64,000 nucleotides of DNA from Terracidiphilus sp. (GTDB taxonomy: Bacteria > Acidobacteriota > Terriglobia > Terriglobales > Acidobacteriaceae): positions 30,042 through 94,041 of the forward strand of contig JBEKTO010000004.1 in the NCBI GenBank assembly GCA_049515995.1, read 5' to 3'. Made by a program: the position numbers and the translations under genes. Positions 27,118 through 36,155 of the stretch are shown in pieces. Numbering within the stretch: position 1 is the first letter of the stretch; every line of letters begins with the position of its first letter. Under the pieces are notes generated by a model. It worked only from the letters and a program-made list of their open reading frames with translations. It was not told where the DNA came from and did no database searches.

Positions 27118-27954
27118 ATGTGCGCCGCAGCCGCAGCCGATTCCCCCACAGCCGATGTTCTGGCCATTGCCGCCCACCGCGACGATGTGGAACAGACGTG
27201 CGGCGGAACGCTGCTGCGCATGGCCTCGCGCGGGCTGCGCACCGCGATTCTGGATCTGACCCAGGGCGAAGCCGGAACCCGCGGCAGCGCGGAAAAACGC
27301 GCGCAGGAAGCGGCCGAGGCGGCGCGCATCCTGGGCGTCAACTGGCGGCAAGCTCTCGATCTGCCCGACGGCGCGGTCGAAAACACCCTGGAAAACAGGC
27401 TCAAGATCGTTCGCGTGCTGCGGCTTGTTCGTCCTCGCGTGGTGATTCTGCCTTACTGGCAGGCGCGGCATCCGGACCACGCCGCGGTGGCCACTCTTGG
27501 CTATGAAGCCTGCTTCCTCTCCGGCCTGGGGAAGGCGCCTGCGGTGCGGCCAGCGTCGGCACCTGCGGTGCAGCCAGCTGCGGCACCTGCGGTGCGGCCA
27601 ACTGCGCCTTCGGCGCGTGCGGGTCTGGAGCACGAGGAGGCGGAGCTTCAACCGCACCGGCCTTTCAAGATCGTTTACGCCAGCCTGTATGCCGACGTGC
27701 GCCCCAGCTTCATCGTGGACATTACCCCCTTTATCGAGCAGCGCCACGCCGCGCTGATGGCTTACCGCTCGCAGTATGCCAACCAGGCTGCCGGCGGCGG
27801 GCTCTTCGTTCCCGAAGAAGAGATTCGCGAGCGCACCTTTGCGGAGGCCCGGCACTACGGGCTGCTGGCCGGCGTGCGCTACGGCGAGCCCTTTGTGCAG
27901 AAGGAAGTAGGGCTGGTGGACGATCTGACGCTGGTTCCGGTGCAGTCGATCTGA
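27118..27954 (+). CDS. bshB1: Bacillithiol biosynthesis deacetylase (PIG-L family)
   Basis: AHRDDVE..CGGT, DLTQGEAGTRG, HPDH, AY.SQ, RHYG...GVRYGEPF; GAGGAG before ATG 27118. Confidence 0.85.
   Translation: MCAAAAADSPTADVLAIAAHRDDVEQTCGGTLLRMASRGLRTAILDLTQGEAGTRGSAEKRAQEAAEAARILGVNWRQALDLPDGAVENTLENRLKIVRVLRLVRPRVVILPYWQARHPDHAAVATLGYEACFLSGLGKAPAVRPASAPAVQPAAAPAVRPTAPSARAGLEHEEAELQPHRPFKIVYASLYADVRPSFIVDITPFIEQRHAALMAYRSQYANQAAGGGLFVPEEEIRERTFAEARHYGLLAGVRYGEPFVQKEVGLVDDLTLVPVQSI
27535..27617 (+). repeat. Three 24-bp tandem repeats in frame within bshB1
   Basis: GCRCCTGCGGTGCRGCCARCKKCG-type unit x3 encoding APAVRPAS/APAVQPAA/APAVRPTA, ending CCTTCGGCGCG. Confidence 0.85.
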
Positions 27955-28075
27955 GGCGTTCGGTAACGGCCGGAGCGATCAATTTCGCGGCATCACAATT
28001 CCTTATCGAAAATGAAAACAGAATCACTTTGCCTTATGCTTCCGCTTCCGCCACACTGAGATAGGAGGCGGCGCA

Positions 28076-28825
28076 ATGACGCAGACGTGGGACCCTCAGG
28101 CCTATGCCCGGAACGGTGCATTTGTGCATGGATTGGCCGGCGGAGTGCTGGAGTGGCTGGCGGCCAAGCCGGGTGAATCCATCCTCGACTTGGGCTGCGG
28201 CGACGGCCAACTGACCCGGCGCATCGGGGCCACCGGCGCGCGCGTGATGGGCGCGGATGCCTCGCCGGAGATGGTCGCATCGGCGCGGTCGCGCGGGATG
28301 GCCGCCATGGAAGCCAGCGCCGAATCGCTGCCCTGCTGCAGCGGCCTCTTCGACGCGGTCTTTTCCAATGCAGCTCTGCATTGGGTGCGCGATCAGGACG
28401 CCATGCTTGCCGAGGTGCGGCGGGTGCTCAAGCCGGGCGGCCGATTCGTGGCCGAGATGGGCGGCCATGGAAACATCGCCGCCATCCGCGTTGCGCTCAT
28501 GGCTGTTCTGGCGCGCCATGGCTACGCCGATCGCGAGGACGGCGTGAATTACTATCCCACGCCGGAGGGCTACGCGCGGCGGCTGGAAGGGCATGGCTTC
28601 AAGGTGAAGCGGATGGAATTGATTCCGCGGCCGACGCCGCTCGCGGCCGGCGGAATGACCGGCTGGCTCAAGACCTTTCGCCGCGGGGTTCTGGAAGGAT
28701 TGCCGGAGGGGATCAGGGAGACGGTGGTGGAGGAGACGGCGGCGCTGCTAGCGCCGGCGCTGCGCGATGAAGACGGAAACTGGGTTGCCGACTACGTGCG
28801 CCTGCGCTTTATCGCTACGGCCTGA
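28076..28825 (+). CDS. Class I SAM-dependent methyltransferase
   Basis: ILDLGCGDG, DASPEM, FDAVFSNAALHW, LKPGGRF. Confidence 0.9.
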   Translation: MTQTWDPQAYARNGAFVHGLAGGVLEWLAAKPGESILDLGCGDGQLTRRIGATGARVMGADASPEMVASARSRGMAAMEASAESLPCCSGLFDAVFSNAALHWVRDQDAMLAEVRRVLKPGGRFVAEMGGHGNIAAIRVALMAVLARHGYADREDGVNYYPTPEGYARRLEGHGFKVKRMELIPRPTPLAAGGMTGWLKTFRRGVLEGLPEGIRETVVEETAALLAPALRDEDGNWVADYVRLRFIATA

Positions 28826-28828
28826 GGC

Positions 28829-29185
28829 TCAGCGGCTGAACCACATGCGCCCGCCGACGGCGATCAGCGTGAGCGCGAAGATGCGCCGCAGCCAAAGCTC
28901 GGGAATGAATTGCGCGCCGGCGGCGCCGAAGTATCCGCCCACCAGAAAGCCGGCGGCCAGTAGCAGCGCAACGCGAATGTCGGCATTGCCCTTGCGGTAG
29001 TACTCGAAGAAGGCAAACGCGCCGACGGGCAAGAGCAGAGCGCCCAGCGAGGTGCCCTGGGCCTTGTGCTGGTCCATGCCGAGCAGCCAGACCAGCGCGG
29101 GCACAAACAGGATGCCGCCGCCAATGCCCACCACGCCGGAAACCATTCCGACCACTACCCCAACCAGCAGCATCATCCAAGTCAT
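28829..29185 (-). CDS. TauE/SafE family membrane protein (half-size)
   Basis: SGVVGIGGGILFVPAL, AQGTSL, all hydrophobic. Confidence 0.8.
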   Translation of the reverse strand: MTWMMLLVGVVVGMVSGVVGIGGGILFVPALVWLLGMDQHKAQGTSLGALLLPVGAFAFFEYYRKGNADIRVALLLAAGFLVGGYFGAAGAQFIPELWLRRIFALTLIAVGGRMWFSR

Positions 29186-29326
29186 GAGAACTCTCCATGG
29201 GCGCGGCAAAGAGCGGAGGCCGGGCCCGCGTTTCCAGCGTAAATCATGGCCTGCGAGTGCCGCCGAGCCGTGAATGGTCCACGCGGCTTCATGGCCAACG
29301 CCGGAAAATTCCAAAGCCATTCGCAA

Positions 29327-29376
29327 CAAAAAACCGGGGAGCCGCTCGCGTTTGCGACAGCTCCCCGGCGGTTTTT
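29327..29376 (-). terminator. Intrinsic terminator downstream of aqpZ
   Basis: CCGGGGAGC/GCTCCCCGG stem with an A7 tract on the left (U tract on the minus strand). Confidence 0.6.
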
Positions 29377-29388
29377 GGACAGGAGCTT

Positions 29389-30075
29389 TTATTCGTTCGC
29401 TTCGAGAGCTTTGAAGCGGAAGAGCAGACCGGCAGCGGCGCCGCCCAGGCTGGGCACGAGCAGGAAAAGCCAGAGCTGCGCCAGCGCCTTGCCGCCCACC
29501 AGCAGAGCGGGGCCCAGGCTGCGGGCCGGGTTTACGCTGACGCCGGTGATGTGAATGCCGAAGATGTGAATCGCCACCAGGGCGATGCCGATGGCCAAGC
29601 CGGCAAAGCCGGCCGGCGCGCTCTTCTGCGTGGAGCCGAGGACGACGGTTACGAAGATCAACGTGGCTACGAACTCAAAGACGATGGCGGAAAGGACGGT
29701 GTAGCCGCCCTGGTAACCGGGCCCCCAGCCGTCCTGGCCAAGGCCGTTTACGGCAAGGTTGTAGCCGCCCTCCACACCGCTGGCGATGAGGAAGATCACC
29801 CACGCGGCCAGGATGGCGCCCAGGAACTGACCGATCCAGTAGCCGAACATCTCCGCGGCCGTCATGCGTCCCGCAACCCACACGCCCAGGCTGACGGCCG
29901 GGTTGATGTGGCAGCCGGAGATGGGACCGATGGCGTAGGCCGCGGCGATGAGCCCGAGGCCGAAGGCGAAGGCGATGCCCAGAATGCCCACCTTGTCGCC
30001 GGCAACCACGGCCGTGCCGCACCCGAAGAGCACCAGAATGAAAGTTCCCACAAGCTCAGCGAAGTATCTCTTCAC
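29389..30075 (-). CDS. aqpZ: Aquaporin Z
   Basis: AELVGTF, SGCHINPAVS, VSVNPARS (two NPA motifs). Confidence 0.92.
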   Translation of the reverse strand: MKRYFAELVGTFILVLFGCGTAVVAGDKVGILGIAFAFGLGLIAAAYAIGPISGCHINPAVSLGVWVAGRMTAAEMFGYWIGQFLGAILAAWVIFLIASGVEGGYNLAVNGLGQDGWGPGYQGGYTVLSAIVFEFVATLIFVTVVLGSTQKSAPAGFAGLAIGIALVAIHIFGIHITGVSVNPARSLGPALLVGGKALAQLWLFLLVPSLGGAAAGLLFRFKALEANE

Positions 30076-30399
30076 GATCTCTCCTATCAGGTTGGTTGAG
30101 TTATCCGGCTCGCGCGAGCCGGAGTCCAGCGCGACACAGGCCCTTCCGCATTCCAGCGAAGCAGCGACGGGGGAAGGCGAAGAGTCTGCCGCGGGATCGA
30201 ATGGAAGCCAGAAGGGTGATTGGGTACGCGCACGCAGTGTTGCAGAGGCCGCCGAGCGGAGTCAAGACAAAATCCGGCCGCCGCAACCTCCGAGTTACAC
30301 GGGAGACAAGGCCTGCGATCGATGGAAGAAAATGGCGACGGCGGGAATCCTGCATTCCCTTCTTGAGTTATGCGCGCCTTCTGGCGTATATCTGGGGAG

Positions 30400-30612
30400 A
30401 TGAAACAGACCGACGAAGCCGCGCGCTGCCGCAAATTGTCCGTGATGTTCGGATCGTTGACCGCGACAATGGCCGTTTTTCCCGCGGTGTTGATGAGTCA
30501 TGGCCCCCGGATTCTGGGTTTTGCGTGCATCGGGGTGCAGGTGGTGTTGCTGGTGCTTGCCATTCACTTCCTGACGAAGTGGAGGCGGCTGGAGGCGACC
30601 GGGAAGGATTAG
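30400..30612 (+). CDS. Small two-TM hypothetical protein
   Basis: Two hydrophobic segments; GGAG before ATG. Confidence 0.45.
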   Translation: MKQTDEAARCRKLSVMFGSLTATMAVFPAVLMSHGPRILGFACIGVQVVLLVLAIHFLTKWRRLEATGKD

Positions 30613-30970
30613 CCGGTTTCTGGCCGGGGCGATCTCAGCCGCGCGGAAATCCGGCGCGCGAAACCGGAAAAGACAGGCCTCCGGAGCTGAAACGCGTGTT
30701 TTTGGGTTGTGTTTGCGGCACGGTTGCCGTCGAGCCTGGAGAGTTTTGCGGCAACAAATGGGTTTTTTCGCAGGCTGCGGAGCCCTGCCCTAATCATTTC
30801 AGGCGGCTCCGAAGTCCTTTTTCCGCGCCAGTAAGGCCCGGCGGCCGCGGATGGCCGGGCCAAATTCACACAACGTTTGCAATCTCTTTGCCTGGCTGAA
30901 TTACTCTGTTAATGGTTCCGTGCGGCCTCCGCATTTTGAGTTCAACGGCCGCAGGACGAGGGCTGACCGG

Positions 30971-31669
30971 TTGAGCCAAACCGTATTTGTACTGGAAGAC
31001 GACACCGATATTGCGCGGCTGGTGCAGCATCATCTGGAAGCTGCCGGATTTGCCGCACGCCTGTTTCACACTCCCACCAATCTGATTCCGGACGCCGAGC
31101 GCCAGGCGCCGGCCCTGTTTCTGCTGGATATCATGGTTCCCGGCGGAGACGGGCTGGACGTATGCCGCAGGTTGCGCGCGAATCCCGCGCTGTCCACCAT
31201 TCCCATCATTTTCCTGACCGCCCGCGCCGGCGAGAATGATCGCGTGCTGGGTCTGGAACTGGGCGCGGACGACTACATCACCAAGCCTTTCGCCACGAGG
31301 GAACTGATCGCCCGCGTCAAAGCGGTGCTGCGCCGCTTCGAGCGGCCCACCTCGCCCTCGATCATCAGCTTTGAAGAGGTGATGATCGACGCCAACGCCA
31401 TGCAGTTGAAGGTGCGCGGCGAGCTGACCACGACCACGGCCACCGAGTTCCGCCTGCTGGATTATCTGGCGCGGCATCCGGGCCGGGTTTTCAGCCGCGA
31501 CCACCTGCTGGACGCGGTCTGGGGCGATGCGCGCTTCGTCACCCCGCGCTCGGTGGATGTTTATGTGCGGCGCATCCGCGAGAAGATCGAGGTCGATCCG
31601 GAAAACCCGCGCTATTTGAAGACCGTGCGCGGCGCCGGATATCGCTTCGAGATCCCCAAGAGCGAATAA
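30971..31669 (+). CDS. phoB: OmpR/PhoB family response regulator (PhoB-like)
   Basis: LEDD, LLDIMVPGGDG, LTAR, GADDYITKPF, wHTH RSVDVYVRRIREKIE; linked to a PhoR-like kinase and pstS. Confidence 0.8.
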   Translation: MSQTVFVLEDDTDIARLVQHHLEAAGFAARLFHTPTNLIPDAERQAPALFLLDIMVPGGDGLDVCRRLRANPALSTIPIIFLTARAGENDRVLGLELGADDYITKPFATRELIARVKAVLRRFERPTSPSIISFEEVMIDANAMQLKVRGELTTTTATEFRLLDYLARHPGRVFSRDHLLDAVWGDARFVTPRSVDVYVRRIREKIEVDPENPRYLKTVRGAGYRFEIPKSE

Positions 31670-31703
31670 CGAACCGGCCTATGCCGGATGGGAGCGTCGC
31701 GGA

Positions 31704-33107
31704 TTGACGCATAAAGTATTTACCAAGCTGCTCGGGCTCTTCGTCCTGCTGCTGGTCTTCTACACCGTAGTGATGGAGTTCGTCTTTCGCAGCATGATGG
31801 AGCAGACGGCGGGCGGGACGCTGCGCCTGCTGGGCCGCGAGGCGCTGTGGGCGGGCCTGATCGCGCTGGCGGTGGCGCTGCCGGTGGCGGCCTGGGTGGC
31901 GGGCGGCATCTCGGCGCGGCTGGACCGGGTAATGGCCTTTGCCCGGCGCATCGCGGACGGCGACCTGAGCGCGCGTCTCGAACTGACCGGCAAGGATGAA
32001 GTTTCCGCCATGGAAGCGGCGCTGAACCAGACGGCCGAGCGGCTGGGCGAGAACTTTGCCGAGATCGAGAGCCGGCGGCAGGAGCTGGCCGCCATGCTCG
32101 ATTCGATGCAGGAGGCGGTGGTCGCCATTACTCCCGAGGGATTTGTGCGCTGGTCCAATGCCGTGATGCAGCGCATTGCCGGGACGCAGATTCGCGCCGG
32201 CCGGCCGCTGGTGCTCTCGGTGCGCGATCCCGAGGTTCTGGCCTGCGTGCGCGGAGCCCTCGATCGGCACGAGGTGCGGTTTGGCCGCGCCAGTTCGCTG
32301 GCGCCGGGACGGATCTTCGAGATCAACGCGGCGCCGTTGCCCAGCGGCGGGGCGCTGGCGGTGCTCCACGATGTGACCGCCGTCGAGGCCGCGGAGAAGT
32401 CCCGCCGCGACTTCATCGCCAACGTGAGCCACGAACTGCGCACTCCGCTCACTTCCATTCAGGGCTACGTGGAGACGATCATCGAGGACCCCGATTCCCG
32501 CCCCGAAACCACGCGGGAGTTCCTCGGCGTGATTCTGAAAAACGCCACCCGCATGAACCGGCTCACCGAGGATCTGCTGGCTCTGGCCAGCGTGGAGAGC
32601 CCGGACTACAAGCTGGCGCTGCAACCCGCACGGGCCAGCGCGCTGGTGGAGGACGCCATCGATTCGCTGGGCGGAATCGTGGTGGACTCCGGGGTCGAGC
32701 TGGAATCGGCCGGCGCGCCGGACTCGACGGTGATGGCCGATCCGGACGCCATGAACCAGGTTTTCGGCAATCTGGTCGAGAATGCGCTGAAATATGCCAA
32801 AGACGGCAAGCGGATTCGCGTGGGCGCGCGGCTGCTGGAAAACGAAGTGGAATTCAGCGTCCAGGACTTCGGACCGGGCATTGCATCGGAGCATCTGGGC
32901 CGGATCTTCGAGCGCTTCTACCGGGTTGACAAGGCGCGCTCGCGGGAGTCGGGCGGCACCGGCCTAGGGCTGGCCATTGTGAAGCACATCGTGCAGGCCC
33001 ATGGCGGACGCATCTGGGCCGAAAGCGAACTGGGCGCCGGCGCTGCCTTCCACTTCACGCTGCCCCTGGCGCCGGGACCGCAGCATCCGCTCACGCCTGG
33101 CCTCTAG
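31704..33107 (+). CDS. phoR: PhoR-like sensor histidine kinase (HAMP-PAS-HisKA-HATPase)
   Basis: RRDFIANVSHELRTPLTSIQG, NLVENALKY, D.GPGI, FERFYRVDKARSRESGGTGLGLAIVKH. Confidence 0.82.
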   Translation: MTHKVFTKLLGLFVLLLVFYTVVMEFVFRSMMEQTAGGTLRLLGREALWAGLIALAVALPVAAWVAGGISARLDRVMAFARRIADGDLSARLELTGKDEVSAMEAALNQTAERLGENFAEIESRRQELAAMLDSMQEAVVAITPEGFVRWSNAVMQRIAGTQIRAGRPLVLSVRDPEVLACVRGALDRHEVRFGRASSLAPGRIFEINAAPLPSGGALAVLHDVTAVEAAEKSRRDFIANVSHELRTPLTSIQGYVETIIEDPDSRPETTREFLGVILKNATRMNRLTEDLLALASVESPDYKLALQPARASALVEDAIDSLGGIVVDSGVELESAGAPDSTVMADPDAMNQVFGNLVENALKYAKDGKRIRVGARLLENEVEFSVQDFGPGIASEHLGRIFERFYRVDKARSRESGGTGLGLAIVKHIVQAHGGRIWAESELGAGAAFHFTLPLAPGPQHPLTPGL

Positions 33108-33221
33108 GAGGCTCCGATTGAGGCGCCGCCTGGAGCGATAGAAACTCTCGGTCAATTCAAATGCCCGTAACATTGCCGGTAGAGAATCGACTACGGCAGT
33201 TCATCTGCAAGGGAGATCTTT

Positions 33222-34223
33222 GTGAAAAAGTCTTTGGTTGCCGTTATGTTGTTGATGCTGGCGCTGAGCACGGCTCAGGCGCAGAAGCTGACAGGGGCGG
33301 GCGCTACCTTCCCCTATCCGATTTATTCGAAATGGTTTAGCGAGTACAGTGCGGCTCATCCCGGCGTCGAGATCAACTACCAGTCGATCGGCTCGGGCGG
33401 CGGAATCCGCCAGGTTACAGCGGGCCTGGTGGACTTTGGCGCCTCCGACATGCCGATGACCGACGACGCGCTGGCCGCTTCAAAGGTCAAGCTGATTCAC
33501 ATTCCCACCGTGTTGGGCGCGGTTGTGCCGATCTTCAACGTTCCCGGCGTGGGCGACATCAAGTTCAGCGGCGACGTACTGGCCGACATCTACCTGGGCA
33601 AGATTTCCCTCTGGAACGATGCGCGGATCGCCAAAGACAATCCCGGCGTGAAGCTGCCGAATCAGAAGATCATCGTGGTGCACCGTTCGGATGGCAGCGG
33701 CACCAGCTTCATCTGGACCGACTACCTGAGCAAGGTGAGCAAGGAATGGGAGAACGGCCCCGGCAAGGGCACCTCGCCCAGCTGGCCGGTGGGCGTGGGC
33801 GGCAAGGGCAATGAGGGTGTGGCCGGCCTGGTGCGCCAACTGCCCGGCGCCGTGGGCTACGTCGAACTGATCTATGCCTTGCAGAACAAGATCAGCTACG
33901 GCGAAGTGAAGAATCAGTCCGGAAACTGGCTGAAGGCTTCGATCGAGGGCGTGACGGAGGCCGCGGCCAGCATCAAGGTGCTTCCCGCCGACTACCGCAT
34001 TTCGATCACCAACGCGCCCGGCAAGGACGCGTATCCCATCTCCAGCTTTACCTACCTGCTGATTCCCGTTCATGCCGCCGATCCCGCCAAGGGCAAGGTC
34101 ATCAAGGACCTGCTGAGCTGGATCGTCAACTCCGGCGAGAACGAAGTCTCGGCTTTCTCCTATGCGCCGCTGCCGAAGAGTGTGGCGCAAAAGGTGCTGA
34201 AGACCGTCTATTCGCTGCAGTAG
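33222..34223 (+). CDS. pstS: Phosphate ABC transporter substrate-binding protein
   Basis: GAGATFPYP, YQSIGSGGG, DFGASD, RSDGSGTS, GKGNEGV, YPISSFTY. Confidence 0.95.
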   Translation: MKKSLVAVMLLMLALSTAQAQKLTGAGATFPYPIYSKWFSEYSAAHPGVEINYQSIGSGGGIRQVTAGLVDFGASDMPMTDDALAASKVKLIHIPTVLGAVVPIFNVPGVGDIKFSGDVLADIYLGKISLWNDARIAKDNPGVKLPNQKIIVVHRSDGSGTSFIWTDYLSKVSKEWENGPGKGTSPSWPVGVGGKGNEGVAGLVRQLPGAVGYVELIYALQNKISYGEVKNQSGNWLKASIEGVTEAAASIKVLPADYRISITNAPGKDAYPISSFTYLLIPVHAADPAKGKVIKDLLSWIVNSGENEVSAFSYAPLPKSVAQKVLKTVYSLQ

Positions 34224-34338
34224 AAGCTGGCGGGCGGCCCGGTTGTAGCGCCGGGCCGTCCGCAGCCGCAGACGGCTCGCAGGCGTGGACCGTGGCGCGA
34301 AAGCTGTGCTAGGATGATTGCCCAACGGAGGGACTGGT

Positions 34339-34770
34339 ATGTGGAAAGCGGTCCGGCTGGCGGTGGTTTGCGCCCTGGTGCTGTTGCCGGGGCGTTCGAT
34401 TGCAGGAGAACGTTTCGACGGCAAGTGGCTCACCAAGATGAGCTGCCCGGCAAAAGGGAAGACCGAGGGCTACAGCTGGCAGTTTCCCAGCGTAGTGGCC
34501 GGCGGCAACTTTCACGGAGAGCACGGCACAGCGGGGCAGCCCGGCTACCTGCTGATCGAAGGCCCGATCGCGGACGACGGCACGGCCAAGCTCTCTGCCT
34601 CGGGCATCGTCGCTTCCCGGCAATATGCCCGCGGCGTCTTCGCACACAAGGGCGAGGATTACAGCTACGACGTCAAGGCTCAATTCAAGGAAACTGAAGG
34701 CACAGGCACAAAGAGCGAAGGCCTCGGCATCGTCGGCCGCACCTGCACCTTTGAGTTTGTGAAGCAGTAA
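34339..34770 (+). CDS. Hypothetical exported protein
   Basis: Signal peptide, FDGKW start of mature region, two Cys. Confidence 0.6.
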   Translation: MWKAVRLAVVCALVLLPGRSIAGERFDGKWLTKMSCPAKGKTEGYSWQFPSVVAGGNFHGEHGTAGQPGYLLIEGPIADDGTAKLSASGIVASRQYARGVFAHKGEDYSYDVKAQFKETEGTGTKSEGLGIVGRTCTFEFVKQ

Positions 34771-34794
34771 AGCCACGGGCCGGATGCGGGGGCG

Positions 34795-35118
34795 CTAGCC
34801 CGCCAAGTGTTCCCCGATCAGCCGATCCACCAGCGGCTCGAGAGGCTCGCCGGTGCGCGGCAGCAGGAAAGCCCTGGCCGCAGGCTCCCAGTCCAGCTTG
34901 AAGCTGGTGGAGAGCGCGGAAATCCAAATCTGGCGCATGGGCGCATTGGGCGTGATGACAAACTTGCCCGGCGGCTCCTCGAAGAGGACATTCAGCACGC
35001 CGCCTTGTCCTTCGACTTCGAAACCGGCGTCGTCGGCTTCCTCGCGCACGATGAGATGCTGCATCAGCGAGTCGAGAGCCGTTTCGACCAGACTGCGGAA
35101 CTCCAGTTCGTCCAACAT
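34795..35118 (-). CDS. cyaY: Frataxin-like iron donor CyaY
   Basis: GGVLNVLFE...KFVITPN.P.RQIWISALS..FKLDW. Confidence 0.8.
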   Translation of the reverse strand: MLDELEFRSLVETALDSLMQHLIVREEADDAGFEVEGQGGVLNVLFEEPPGKFVITPNAPMRQIWISALSTSFKLDWEPAARAFLLPRTGEPLEPLVDRLIGEHLAG

Positions 35119-35294
35119 GGCCCCAGTGTAGCAATTCTCTTCGCGTCGCGGCGTGGCGGCCCTGGATTTCGGCATTTTTCCCTGTTGTTGAGGAGATCGC
35201 ACGGGTTTTCTCCGCCTTTTCACCGGAAACTTGCAGCCTCTTCACTGGTACGCCGTCATACTGCGCTTGAATCCTGAGCCGGGAGGGCAACGGA

Positions 35295-36149
35295 ATGCGT
35301 GTGCTGTGGATGATCGCGGGGATTCTGGGGGTCGTGCAAGGGACCAGTTGTGCGCCGGTTCAGCAGCCGATGCCCGCCCGGCAACTGGTGCGCGAGGTGG
35401 TCTACAACGAGCTGAACGACCACCAAGGGCACGGCTACTGGCGCTACTGGATCGAGCGCAGAACTCCCAAGGAGACGCGGGTTGAGGATCAAATCGAGAC
35501 CGCCGACGGGCCTATTACTCGGCTCTCGTTCGCCAATGGACGCCCGCTCAGCGCGGAAGGCCAACAGCAGGAGCGGGAGCGCCTCGAGCATCTGCTCACC
35601 TCGCCCGCCGAGCAGGCACGGCATCGCCAGGAGTATGAAGAGGACGAAAAGCGCATCGGCCGGATTCTGGCGCTGTTGCCGGAGGCATTCCTCTACGAAT
35701 ACGACGGCGAAGAGAACGGCTGCCACCGGCTGCGCTTTCGGCCCAACCCGGCGTATCCCGCGCACTCGATTGAAGCGCGCATCTTTCACGCCATGAGCGG
35801 GACTTTGTGGGTGAATGCGCGCTACAAGCGGCTGGCGCGGCTGGACGGCCATGTGGTGGACAATGTCGATTTTGGATACGGGATTCTGGGCCGCCTTTAC
35901 AAGGACGGCTGGTTCCAACTGCAGCGCATCCAGGTGAGCCCGACAGACTGGAAGACCGAGCGGCTTGAAGTGCATATGTGCGGCCGGGCGCTGCTGGTGA
36001 AGAGCTTTGCGCGCGACACCAGCGAGGAACGGGGCGGGTTTGTTCCGGTGCCCGCGGCGATGAACCTGGCCCAGGGAATGGCGCTGCTGGAGCGGACAGA
36101 GGCCAGCAACGGAAGCGTGGCGCGCACCGCCTTTGCCGTGCGCCGGTAG
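35295..36149 (+). CDS. Hypothetical exported protein
   Basis: Signal-like N-terminus; FRPNP.Y, G.LWV, DFGYGILGRL motifs. Confidence 0.65.
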   Translation: MRVLWMIAGILGVVQGTSCAPVQQPMPARQLVREVVYNELNDHQGHGYWRYWIERRTPKETRVEDQIETADGPITRLSFANGRPLSAEGQQQERERLEHLLTSPAEQARHRQEYEEDEKRIGRILALLPEAFLYEYDGEENGCHRLRFRPNPAYPAHSIEARIFHAMSGTLWVNARYKRLARLDGHVVDNVDFGYGILGRLYKDGWFQLQRIQVSPTDWKTERLEVHMCGRALLVKSFARDTSEERGGFVPVPAAMNLAQGMALLERTEASNGSVARTAFAVRR

Positions 36150-36155
36150 AGTTGG

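Noticed and set aside
33149-33175. Possible Pho boxes upstream of pstS (and at 30864-30883 upstream of phoB)
   Set aside because: Half-site-like words are present but not at the 11-bp spacing; too weak to call
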